A DNA stretch of 62,127 nt from positions 1 to 62,127 of the forward strand of contig JBBRNJ010000056.1 in assembly GCA_038230375.1 (NCBI GenBank), in the 5' to 3' direction. Of this stretch, positions 1 to 10,523 are shown one piece after another. The notes under the pieces were generated by a model. The model was not told where the DNA came from, made no database searches, and saw nothing but the letters and a program-made list of their open reading frames with translations. The stretch's first letter is position 1. The number at the start of each line of letters is the position of its first letter. The position numbers and the translations under genes are program-made. The DNA comes from Polyangiales bacterium (GTDB taxonomy: Bacteria > Myxococcota_A > Polyangia > Polyangiales > Polyangiaceae).

Positions 1-1
1 C

Positions 2-106
2 GCTTCCAGCGGCAACGTACCCGGCGGCGGCGGCTGCGTGGTGACAGCCGACTGTCAGCTCGGTCTCTCCTGCTTCAACTCGACGTGCATGATCCCGATC
101 AAGTGA
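2..106 (+). CDS. 3' end of a Cys-rich protein, partial at the window edge
   Basis: Frame 2 reads ASSGNVPGGGGCVVTADCQLGLSCFNSTCMIPIK-stop (TGA 104-106), a CxxxxDCxxGLxC Cys-rich repeat. Confidence 0.7.
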   Translation, partial: ASSGNVPGGGGCVVTADCQLGLSCFNSTCMIPIK

Positions 107-137
107 GCTGACTTCCCGTTTCTCAGGAGAGCCACCG

Positions 138-752
138 ATGCCTTCATTCTCGCCGAACCGATCACCTCTGTTTCTCTTCCTGTCGATCGGCGTCGGCGCG
201 GTGGCTCTCCATTGCGGCGGAAGCACGGGGTCGTCCGTGTTGTTCGCGGATGACGACGCTGGGGCAGGAAGCGGCGAGGGCGGGACGAATGGGAACGGGA
301 ACGGGAACGGGAACGGCGATGGTGGAGTGAAGGCTGACGGTGGGACTGCGGTTGTTCCAGACGGCGGCGCTACTCCTGGCGCAGGACACGTGGTGTGCGG
401 CTCCAATGCTGCGTGCGATCTGTCTGCGAGCTCATGCTGCGTGCTCGCCGATGGCGGTGGGGCGTGCGTTCCTGGCACCGCCGCGTCGTGCGGGGTCGGT
501 GGGGCCGACCCTGTGAAGCGGCTGTGCGACGAAACGGCGGACTGCCCCTCCGGCCTGGTGTGCTGCTTTGAGATCATCAACAACTCACAGATTGGCTCGA
601 GCTGCCACACGGACTGCGGAGGCAACGGCGGCAGGCGCGCGCAAGCGTGCAGGCAGCAGGCGGAGTGCCAGAACGGCACGTGTCAGGTGCGGAATTGCAC
701 GGCGGGTGGACCGATCGAGTCATGCGGACCGCTGTCGAACCTGTGCCCGTGA
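138..752 (+). CDS. Cys-rich exported protein / putative lipoprotein
   Basis: AGGAG upstream; hydrophobic N-terminus ending VALHCG; GN-repeat linker; Cys-rich C-terminal half. Confidence 0.8.
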   Translation: MPSFSPNRSPLFLFLSIGVGAVALHCGGSTGSSVLFADDDAGAGSGEGGTNGNGNGNGNGDGGVKADGGTAVVPDGGATPGAGHVVCGSNAACDLSASSCCVLADGGGACVPGTAASCGVGGADPVKRLCDETADCPSGLVCCFEIINNSQIGSSCHTDCGGNGGRRAQACRQQAECQNGTCQVRNCTAGGPIESCGPLSNLCP

Positions 753-827
753 CGCCGACCTGAACGTCGACACCGACCTTGACCTCGACCTCGACCTATC
801 CTCGACCTCGACCTTGACCTCGACTTC
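751..827 (+). repeat. Degenerate hexamer tandem repeat (GACCTC)n, about 13 units
   Basis: gacgcc gacctg aacgtc gacacc gacctt gacctc gacctc gaccta tcctc gacctc gacctt gacctc gacttc; fills the gap between convergent genes. Confidence 0.9.
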
Positions 828-835
828 CCCTTACG

Positions 836-2506
<1,671 letters not shown>

Positions 2507-2534
2507 GGCGGGGAGGTTACCCTTTACGCACGCC

Positions 2535-3329
2535 TCAGTCGAGCGACCCCACCTGATAGAAGTTGCGGCCGAACTCCTTGCCACACAGCTCCACCAGCTC
2601 CGGCGCGAACGCCAGGTCCGGGTTGCGCACGAAGCGCTCGCCACAGGCGATCTTGATCGCAAACTGGTATGCGGCGCCGCCGGGCACCTCGGCGTCGGAC
2701 TCGTCGAACGGGTTCTGGACGCTTGCCATGACCTTCGAAGGGTCGAACGTCCGGCTGCACTCGGTGCATTCGGTGGCAATGCAGGTGGTCGCGCCGAACG
2801 GATTCACCCACTCTTCTTCGTCCCATTCGTAGGCCAGGTCGTGTCCGCAGCGGCACTCGGTCTCGAGCTCGTCGATGCTGCTGCCCATGGGGTAGATGAA
2901 GTCGATCGCGCGATGGATCTCGAAGCGATAGCTCACAGGGCCGTCGGGGCGCCGCGTGAGCGGGTACTTGAGCGACGTCGCGTCCGCGGAGACCAGCCAC
3001 ACGAGGTTGAGATCCTCGCGCGACGGATCCTTCAGCCAGGCCGCATCCAGGTTCGCGGGCACGCTCTCGGTGCTGGCGGCGATCTTCGCGAAGAGCGCGT
3101 CGCGACCGTCACCGAACGTGTTCGCGATCTTCTTCACCGCGAACGCGCCCGTCTTCTGCCCGACCTGCTCACGCCGACCCGAGAAACGAAGCGTGGCGAG
3201 CTCCGGAGAGTCCGGCGCGACGAGCCACTTCTCCTCCCTCAGCTTGGCGACGAGCTTCACGATCGCCTCCGCGCTGGGGCAGAAGACATTTCCTTTTGCG
3301 ATGAGCCAACGCTCGTATTCGGCGCCCAT
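2535..3329 (-). CDS. Hypothetical protein with C-terminal Cys pairs (possible Zn ribbon)
   Basis: Coding-like ORF from [12 protein letters not shown] and CTEC motifs; TATGCT 8 nt upstream of the ATG. Confidence 0.75.
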   Translation of the reverse strand: MGAEYERWLIAKGNVFCPSAEAIVKLVAKLREEKWLVAPDSPELATLRFSGRREQVGQKTGAFAVKKIANTFGDGRDALFAKIAASTESVPANLDAAWLKDPSREDLNLVWLVSADATSLKYPLTRRPDGPVSYRFEIHRAIDFIYPMGSSIDELETECRCGHDLAYEWDEEEWVNPFGATTCIATECTECSRTFDPSKVMASVQNPFDESDAEVPGGAAYQFAIKIACGERFVRNPDLAFAPELVELCGKEFGRNFYQVGSLD

Positions 3330-3466
3330 GAAGGGCGAGCATAACTCGACTCGCGCCTCGGGTGCGCTACGGGAACACCAAGCGCCCGCGTCACTGCACC
3401 TGGGGCGGCCGGACGCTGGACCCCATGATGGCACGCAGTGGCTCAGCGACCTGCTAGAGAGCGCTC

Positions 3467-4711
3467 ATGCCGTTCGCGTCCTTGGGGCTCTCCCCCGCCC
3501 TCGTGTCCGCCATCGCGCGGGTCGGGTACGAAGCGCCAACACCCGTGCAGAGTGCAGCTATTCCGGCGGTGCTGCGCGGCGGTGACGTGTGGGTGCAGGC
3601 AGAGACGGGGTCCGGCAAGACCGCTGCGTTCGCACTGCCGCTGCTCATGATGCTGGCGGCAAAGGACGCGCGCGCGCCGCGGCCAGTGCGGGTTCTGGTG
3701 ATCGCGCCCACGCGCGAGCTGGCGGCGCAGATCGAGACCGCGTTCGCGACCTACGGAAGGGACCTGCCGACGCGACTGAAGACGTGTGTTGTCGTGGGCG
3801 GCGTCTCGGAGAACCCGCAGATGATGTCGCTGCGCGGCGGGGCGGACGTGGTGGTGGCGACGCCAGGACGGCTGCTGGATCTCGTGGCGAAGAACGCCGT
3901 CCAGCTCTCCGAGGTGGAGACGCTGGTCCTTGACGAGGCGGATCGCTTGCTCTCGCTCGGCTTCGGCGAGGAGCTGGAACGCGTGCTCGCTCTCCTTCCG
4001 AAGAAGCGTCAGACGCTGCTCTTCTCCGCCACGTTTCCGCCCGCCGTGAAGGCGCTCGCCGGGGCGCTTTTGCACGAGCCGACGCGCGTGCACATCACAC
4101 CGGAGGAGCTCGACGTGCCGCTGATCACGCAGCGCGCGCTCCTGGTGGACAAGGGCAAGCGCACGTTGCTGCTCCGGCACCTGCTCGCGACGAACGAATG
4201 GTCCACGGTGCTGGTCTTCGTTGCCAGCCGGCACTCCGCGAACCACGTCGCCGAGAAGCTCTCGCGCGCGGGGATCGCCGTCGCGTCGCTGCACGGGGAG
4301 TTGAGCCAGGGCACGCGCACGCAGGCGCTCGCGGACATCCAGAGCGGGCGTATCCAGGTCCTCGTCGCCACCGATGTGGCCGCGCGCGGATTGGACATCC
4401 CGAAGCTGCCCGCGGTGGTGAACTACGATCTGCCGCGCTCGCCCACGGACTACCTCCATCGCATCGGGCGCACGGGACGCGCCGGCGAGAGCGGCGTCGC
4501 CGTCAGCTTCGTCACCGCGGAGGACGACGCGCATTTCGCGCTCATCGAGCGTCGCCACCGGCTCGCGCTCGAACGAGAGGAGGTCCCCGGCTTCGAACGA
4601 ACGGAGATCGCTGCCCCTGTGGCAGAGCCGCACGGCGGCGTGAAGGGCAAGCGCAAGAGCAAGAAGGACAAGCTACGCGAGGCAGCGGCAGCCGCGAACC
4701 AGAAGCGCTAG
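3467..4711 (+). CDS. DEAD-box ATP-dependent RNA helicase (RhlE-like)
   Basis: Q motif PTPVQ, AETGSGKT, PTRELA, TPGRL, DEAD, SAT, ARGLD, HRIGRTGR; basic C-terminal tail. Confidence 0.95.
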   Translation: MPFASLGLSPALVSAIARVGYEAPTPVQSAAIPAVLRGGDVWVQAETGSGKTAAFALPLLMMLAAKDARAPRPVRVLVIAPTRELAAQIETAFATYGRDLPTRLKTCVVVGGVSENPQMMSLRGGADVVVATPGRLLDLVAKNAVQLSEVETLVLDEADRLLSLGFGEELERVLALLPKKRQTLLFSATFPPAVKALAGALLHEPTRVHITPEELDVPLITQRALLVDKGKRTLLLRHLLATNEWSTVLVFVASRHSANHVAEKLSRAGIAVASLHGELSQGTRTQALADIQSGRIQVLVATDVAARGLDIPKLPAVVNYDLPRSPTDYLHRIGRTGRAGESGVAVSFVTAEDDAHFALIERRHRLALEREEVPGFERTEIAAPVAEPHGGVKGKRKSKKDKLREAAAAANQKR

Positions 4712-4776
4712 AGCGCCGCCCTCGCGCGTGACCGCGACCGCGAACGGTGACATGCGGTATTCTCCTGTCATGGTGC

Positions 4777-5328
4777 ATGGCTGACTCCGACGAAGTGATG
4801 AGCGAGCGAACGGTGCTCATGATCTGCGGCAGCGTCCGAGATGGCTCCGTCAATGCGGCGGTGCTGCGCACGGCGGCGGAGTTCCTGCCTGAGGGCGTGT
4901 GTGCGGTGCTCCACGAAGGGCTCGTCACGCTCCCTCATTTCAATCCGGACCTGGATCGTGAGCCGCTGCCGCCGCCGGTCGTGGCGCTGCGGGCAGCGAT
5001 CGCAGCGGCATCCGCGCTGCTCATCAGCACGCCGGAGTACGCGGGCGCCATGCCGGGCGCGCTGAAGAACCTGCTCGAGTGGACTGTGGGTGGCACGGAG
5101 ACGTCGGGCAAGCGCACTGGATGGCTCAACCCTTCCACGGGTCCGACGCGCGCGGCGGGCACGTATGCGTCGCTCGGGATTGTCCTGCGTTACACCGACG
5201 CCGCGATCATCGATGCGGCGTGCGTGGACGTGCCCGTGCCACGCGCCCTCATCGGAGCCGACGGGCGCATCACCGACGAAAACATCCGCGCGCGCATCGC
5301 AGAAGCCATGCAAGCGCTCGTCGAATGA
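4777..5328 (+). CDS. NADPH-dependent FMN reductase family protein
   Basis: GSVRDGSVN, LPHFNPDLD and STPEYAGAMPGALKNLLEW motifs; exact start uncertain. Confidence 0.9.
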   Translation: MADSDEVMSERTVLMICGSVRDGSVNAAVLRTAAEFLPEGVCAVLHEGLVTLPHFNPDLDREPLPPPVVALRAAIAAASALLISTPEYAGAMPGALKNLLEWTVGGTETSGKRTGWLNPSTGPTRAAGTYASLGIVLRYTDAAIIDAACVDVPVPRALIGADGRITDENIRARIAEAMQALVE

Positions 5329-5430
5329 GTTCTCGTGGCAAGACCGCTCCAGCTCTGCTGCTCGGTACGATTTCTGGTCACCCGCGCACTCTGCGCGCCT
5401 GGTTTTGCAGCCCGCGAGGTACAAGGAGTG

Positions 5431-5955
5431 GTGCTCGCCAATCTGGTTCGCCGCTTCGCCTTCGCCGCCCTGCTCGTCCTCGAAGCTGCCGCCTCCGGCT
5501 GCGACTCACCGCCGCCGCTCGACACCGCGCCCAACGTGGACCTCGCGAAGTTCGAAGGGACGTGGTTCGAGATCGCACACCTGCCGCGCCCCACGCAGGC
5601 GAGCTGCACCGGCACGACGGCCACGTACACGGCGCGCGGCGGTGGCCAGTACACGTTCGTGCATGCGTGCACGCTGGAGAACGGCAACTTCCACCAGAGC
5701 TCCGCGCTTGCGCAGGTGAAGGACGGCGCGGACCCCGCCAGGCTGCAGGTCGACTTCGGCGGCTTCTTCGGTGACTACTGGATCCTCGACGTTGCGCCTG
5801 ACTACCACTACGCCGTGGTCGGCCACCCGTCGCGCGCGTATCTGTGGATCCTGAGCCGCACGCCCACGCTGTCGGCATCCGATACGCAGGCCGTGCTCGC
5901 GAAGGCCGGCTCACTCAAGTTCGACACGTCAAAGCTCGAATACACGAAGCAGTAG
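5431..5955 (+). CDS. blc: Bacterial lipocalin (lipoprotein)
   Basis: VDLAKFEGTWFEIA (SCR1), GDYWILDV..DYHYAVVG, YLWILSRTP; lipobox ASGC; AAGGAG before GTG 5431. Confidence 0.88.
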   Translation: MLANLVRRFAFAALLVLEAAASGCDSPPPLDTAPNVDLAKFEGTWFEIAHLPRPTQASCTGTTATYTARGGGQYTFVHACTLENGNFHQSSALAQVKDGADPARLQVDFGGFFGDYWILDVAPDYHYAVVGHPSRAYLWILSRTPTLSASDTQAVLAKAGSLKFDTSKLEYTKQ

Positions 5956-5976
5956 CCTGCGGGGCGCGCAATGGAA

Positions 5977-7371
5977 CTAGGGGCGGCGCGAGATCGCGTC
6001 GAGCGCGGCTACGCGATAGGCCTCGGCCATGGTCGGAAAGTTGAAGACGTTCTCCACGAACGCGTCTGGCGGAAGTCGCCCGATGAGCGCCATCTGGCCG
6101 ATGTGAACCAGCTCGCTCGCCCCCTCACCCACGACATGCACGCCCAGCAAGATGCGTCCCGTGGGATCGAGCACGAGCTTCAATAGCCCGGACGTCGCGG
6201 CGGCGATGTGCCCTCGCGCGATCTCGTCGAAGGTCGCTCGGCCCACCAGCGCGCCGCCATGCGCCGTCTTCGCCTGCTCTTCCGTGAGGCCCACGCCCGC
6301 CATCTCGGGGATCGTGTACACGGCCATCGGCAAGAGATCTGCGTGCAGTGGCGGCGGCAAACCAAGTGCGTGACGCATGGCCGTGCGCCCCTGCTCCATC
6401 GCGGACGACGCCAGCGCGGGCGGGCCCACCACGTCACCAACTGCATACACGCCAGGCACGCTGGTCTGTCCGTTCGCGTCCACGTCGAGGAGCCCGCGCG
6501 CGTTGGCCGTGAGACCCGCGTTCTCGATCGCGAGGTGACCCAGGTTTGCGATACGCCCCTGTGCAACCAGGACCTTCTCCGAGCGCACGACGCGGCCGCT
6601 CGCGAGCGTGGTCTCCACCGCGTCCACGCCGTTCCACGCTGCGCTCACGGCGCGGTCGCCGCCAACGAACTCGAGCCCACGTGCGCGGAGCTCGGAAAGA
6701 AGCACACTCGTGAGCTCTGGGTCGAGGAAGGACACCGGGCGGTCTCCACGGTCAACCATGGTCACCTGCGTGCCGAGCGCCGCGAAGATGGACGCGTACT
6801 CGCTCGCGATCACACCAGCGCCCAGCACGGTGAGGGAACGCGGAAGGTACGCGAGCGACAGGAACGAGTCGCTGTCCATGATGTGCTCGTGGTCTATCGG
6901 GATCTCCTTCGTGGCGCGCGGACGCGAGCCCGTGGCGATGACGACGATATCGCCCGACACGGTGCGCGTGGCGCCGCTCTGCTCGCGAACGGTGAGAGTC
7001 TTCGGCGACGCAAACGACGCACGACCGCGACAGAGCGTCACGTCGCACCGCGCGAGCATCCGCCCCATGTACTCCAGATGTGCGTCCACCACGGTGCCGA
7101 CCCTGCTCATCAGGCTCTCGAGCGGAACCACCTCCTTGTGGAGGACCTCGTAGGCGCCGTTCGTGCGCGCGACGAATGCACGAAGCGCGCACGCCGTCTC
7201 GCGCAGCGTCTTGCTCGGGATGGTCCCGCGGCGGACGCATTCGCCGCCGATCGCCGAGGTCTCCTCGATGAGCAGCACGCGCTTGTTCGCCTCCCTTGCC
7301 TGGAGCGCGGCCTTCTGTCCGCCGGGGCCTCCGCCGATCACGAGCACGTCGAAGCGCTCTTCGTTGCTCAT
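5977..7371 (-). CDS. sthA: Soluble (Si-specific) NAD(P)+ transhydrogenase
   Basis: GGGPGG FAD motif; GGECVRRGTIPSKTLRE with the single Cys typical of STH; GAGVIASEY; FNFPTMAEAYRVAA. Confidence 0.85.
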   Translation of the reverse strand: MSNEERFDVLVIGGGPGGQKAALQAREANKRVLLIEETSAIGGECVRRGTIPSKTLRETACALRAFVARTNGAYEVLHKEVVPLESLMSRVGTVVDAHLEYMGRMLARCDVTLCRGRASFASPKTLTVREQSGATRTVSGDIVVIATGSRPRATKEIPIDHEHIMDSDSFLSLAYLPRSLTVLGAGVIASEYASIFAALGTQVTMVDRGDRPVSFLDPELTSVLLSELRARGLEFVGGDRAVSAAWNGVDAVETTLASGRVVRSEKVLVAQGRIANLGHLAIENAGLTANARGLLDVDANGQTSVPGVYAVGDVVGPPALASSAMEQGRTAMRHALGLPPPLHADLLPMAVYTIPEMAGVGLTEEQAKTAHGGALVGRATFDEIARGHIAAATSGLLKLVLDPTGRILLGVHVVGEGASELVHIGQMALIGRLPPDAFVENVFNFPTMAEAYRVAALDAISRRP

Positions 7372-8246
7372 GAACCACCCTGCAACGAGGAGGCGATCTC
7401 GGCGCGGCGCGCGAGCACCGATGCCATGTCGTCTGGATGCAGATCAAAGCTGGAGAGCAGCGGATGGGTCGCAAGCGCGGCTACCTCGAGCTCGCCTGCA
7501 TGCCGCAGCGTCGCGCGCGCCACATCGCTGGCGACAGCGACGATCGAGGCGGCCCCCTTTGCATCCTTGGCGTCCTCGGGGCAGTGATGGAAGCGCACGG
7601 CAAGCGAGAGCTCGCGCGGCAGCTGCCATAGCGTCAGCATCTCGGCGCCGACCTCCGCGTGCAGCTCGTCTGTGAGGACCGTCACGGCATCCGCATGGTG
7701 CGGATCAGCGGCCTCGAACGCAGCGAGCTCCGCGTAGAGCACCGGCCGCCCCACGTGGTGCAAGAGACCTGCCAGGAACGAGCCCTCCACGTTGCGCCGA
7801 CAAACGCGGGCGATCTCCTGCGCAAACGCCGCAGTCGCAAGGCTCATGCGAAGCTCCTCGCGCAGCTCGGGACCGCGCGTGCCGCTCCGGAACAGCTTCT
7901 GATCGCACGTCACGATGAGCAGGATGTCGCGCAGCGTCTTGATGCCGAGCCGGCTCACGGCGTGCTGAAGCGAGACCACGGGCGTTCCCCGCGAGAAGTA
8001 CGACGAGTTCGCGACGCGCAGCACATGCGCAGCGATGGCAGCGTCCGTACGCACCAGCTCTGCGAGCTTCCGCGCGTCCGTGTCGGGGTCCGAGGCCGCG
8101 CGAAGGACGCCCGCCACGACGTCGGGCAGGATCGGCAGCTCGAGCTGCCCGGCGGCTAGCCGCGCGCGGATTCTTGGACGCTCGGACTCCACGGTATCCG
8201 GACCGGGTGGCCTCTCATGCTGGACCCGCTGCAAGGATGATTGCAC
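7368..8246 (-). CDS. HDOD domain protein
   Basis: LPILP, DAAIAAHVLRVANS, SLQHAVSRLG, FLAGLLHHVG, HAEVG..LWQLP, FHHCP; ATGA overlap with sthA. Confidence 0.9.
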   Translation of the reverse strand: MQSSLQRVQHERPPGPDTVESERPRIRARLAAGQLELPILPDVVAGVLRAASDPDTDARKLAELVRTDAAIAAHVLRVANSSYFSRGTPVVSLQHAVSRLGIKTLRDILLIVTCDQKLFRSGTRGPELREELRMSLATAAFAQEIARVCRRNVEGSFLAGLLHHVGRPVLYAELAAFEAADPHHADAVTVLTDELHAEVGAEMLTLWQLPRELSLAVRFHHCPEDAKDAKGAASIVAVASDVARATLRHAGELEVAALATHPLLSSFDLHPDDMASVLARRAEIASSLQGGS

Positions 8247-8308
8247 TCGACGTTCTCCCGGATGGAAGGAACGGCCAGCGCTTCAGCCAAATTCAGGATG
8301 ATCTGGCG

Positions 8309-10261
8309 TCAGGGCTTGCCACGGCGCAATTCGGCCATGGCCACGGTGGCGCCCACCTTCGCGCGAAGCGCGTCTGCCTCGAACGGCTTCTCGATCATGG
8401 GGAGCAACAGCGCCGCCACGAAACGCGCGGCCTCCTGCGTGGTGGGGCCGCCAGAGACGAAGACGAAGCGGGCGGCGACCTGTGGAAGGACCCCGCGCAC
8501 GTGTGCGTGGAGCTCCATGCCGCTCGTGCCTGGCATCATCAGATCGCAGAGCACGCAGTCGTAGACCTGGCCGCCGAGTATCAGCGCGAGCGCCTCGTCC
8601 GCGGACAGGACCACGGTCACGTCATGCTGCGAGAGGATGCGGCGAACGACGCTGCCCACGAGGGGCTCGTCGTCCACGACCAGCACGCGACCGCGCCGCG
8701 GCAGGTGCAGCACGCCTGGCGGTGGCGTCACGGAGAGTCCCGCCTCGTCGGTGGCGGCGGGCAACGTGACCGTGAACCGCGCTCCGTCGCCTGGGCTGGA
8801 GTCGCAGCGCAGGTCGCCGCCCAGCGCGGAGATCACGTTGTACGCGATCGACAGACCAAGGCCGGAGCCCTCGCCGATGGCCTTGGTCGTGAAGAACGGC
8901 TCGAACACGCGCTGGCGGACCTCTTCGGGCATGCCAGGGCCGTTGTCGGAGAACTCGATGTGGACGAAGCCGTCCTTCGCAAACGCCCGCACGCGAACCA
9001 CGTTGCGTTCATACGGTAGGTCCTGCATGGCGTGCGAGGCGTTGACCAGCAAATTGATGAAGACCTGCGCAAGACGCGACTCGTCGGCGATGACCTCTGG
9101 CACGTCTCCGAGCTCGCGCACGACGTGCACCTTGTGGCGCAGCTCACTGAACGCGAACGTGATCGAGAGCTCGACGACCTGGCGCACGTCCAGACGGGTG
9201 CGCTCTTCACGCTCGCCGCGCGCGAACGTACGGAGGCCGCGAACCACCCTCTTCACGCGCGACGCACCCTCCAGTGCTTCGTTCACGAGGTTCGCCAGGT
9301 CGCGCCGCTGCGCCTCGTCCAGCGGACCGCTGCTCGCGAGCTCGTCGGCCATGATCTCCAGGTTCGACATCACGAACGTGAGCGGATTGTTGATCTCGTG
9401 GCCCACGCCAGCCGCAAGGGTTCCCACCGTCGCGAGGCGATCGCGTGTGTGGGCAGCGGCCTCGAGCTGCTTGCGCTCCCGCAGGTCACGGAAGACCGCG
9501 ACGCAGGCCTGTGCTCCGCGATGCGAGACGCGCCGCGGAGGGCTCATTTCCAGCGGGATCACGAGACCGGCCACCGACACCAGCCCCACATCAACCGTCC
9601 CGACGTGCCGCTCCACCAGTGACAGATCGAACCGCTCCGACACGGTCGCGAGATCGCGTTGAACGACCACACTCCTGATGTGCACGCCCGCGAGGTCGGC
9701 CTTTGTCTCGTAGCCCAGCGTCCGCGCGAACGCGTCGTTGACGTAGACGATGCGCTCGTCCACGACGATGCACAGACCATCGGGAAGGAGCTCGATCAGC
9801 GTCTGCACGTCGGTGAGCAGCTCGATGACGCGGGCTCGCTCCAGCGCCAGCTCCTCGCGGGCCACCGCGCGCTCGGTGACGTCGTGGAAGTGCGTGATCG
9901 CCGCGACCGGTCGATCGTCGAAGTCGCGCAGCAGGTGCCCGGTCACCTCGAAGGTGCGACCCGCCCGCAGCAGCTCGAACCGCGGTGTGTGCCCGGCCAT
10001 CACCGCCTGGTAGAAGCCGAGCGTCGGTTCGCGTTGCTCTGGCGCGATGATGTCCGCGACCCGCGAGCCCAGGAGCGCCTGCGGCGTGAGCCCGTGCACG
10101 GAGAGCACGTCCATCGCAGAACGACCGCCGACCGCGATGTAGCGGAAGTCGGTGTCGACCATGAAGACCGCGCCGGGGATGCTCTTGAGAGCAGCCTCTA
10201 TCGCCGCGTTGCCACGGGGCGTCCCTGGCCGGCCTTCGTCGGTGTTCGCATCAATGAACAA
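8309..10261 (-). CDS. PAS-PAS hybrid sensor histidine kinase / response regulator
   Basis: Two PAS-like regions; HEINNPL H-box; NLLVNA; DNGPG; FFTTK..GSGLGL; receiver VLVVDDE..CDLMMP. Confidence 0.92.
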   Translation of the reverse strand: MFIDANTDEGRPGTPRGNAAIEAALKSIPGAVFMVDTDFRYIAVGGRSAMDVLSVHGLTPQALLGSRVADIIAPEQREPTLGFYQAVMAGHTPRFELLRAGRTFEVTGHLLRDFDDRPVAAITHFHDVTERAVAREELALERARVIELLTDVQTLIELLPDGLCIVVDERIVYVNDAFARTLGYETKADLAGVHIRSVVVQRDLATVSERFDLSLVERHVGTVDVGLVSVAGLVIPLEMSPPRRVSHRGAQACVAVFRDLRERKQLEAAAHTRDRLATVGTLAAGVGHEINNPLTFVMSNLEIMADELASSGPLDEAQRRDLANLVNEALEGASRVKRVVRGLRTFARGEREERTRLDVRQVVELSITFAFSELRHKVHVVRELGDVPEVIADESRLAQVFINLLVNASHAMQDLPYERNVVRVRAFAKDGFVHIEFSDNGPGMPEEVRQRVFEPFFTTKAIGEGSGLGLSIAYNVISALGGDLRCDSSPGDGARFTVTLPAATDEAGLSVTPPPGVLHLPRRGRVLVVDDEPLVGSVVRRILSQHDVTVVLSADEALALILGGQVYDCVLCDLMMPGTSGMELHAHVRGVLPQVAARFVFVSGGPTTQEAARFVAALLLPMIEKPFEADALRAKVGATVAMAELRRGKP

Positions 10262-10523
10262 GAAACCCTCGTGCCCCTCATGAACGGTTACCCAGACGGA
10301 AGCTCCAGGGTGATGCCTAACGCATTGTCCTGGGTGCGGAAACCCACAATGAGTTGCTCGCGAAGTCGCGGGCTTCGACCGTCGCCTCTCGGTGACAGTG
10401 GATCGACGCGCACGGATCCTCCGTCCTCCATTGGGGTCTGTGGACGACGTGCAAAATTGCCGGGCCGCGGGATTTGCGCGGCGCGGCGGCGGCTCGCTTG
10501 TTGCTGCTGTTGGTCACAGCTCC

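Noticed and set aside
288..317. (AACGGG)n repeat as a regulatory microsatellite
   Set aside because: It is in frame and encodes a Gly-Asn linker.
751..827. Repeats as a CRISPR array (also 18749-18810 and 45758-45803)
   Set aside because: Units are 6 bp, or two abutting 23-mers, with no unique spacers and no cas genes.
5977..7371. Dihydrolipoamide dehydrogenase or glutathione reductase
   Set aside because: It lacks the CxxxxC disulfide and the HxxxxE pair; the motifs match soluble transhydrogenase.
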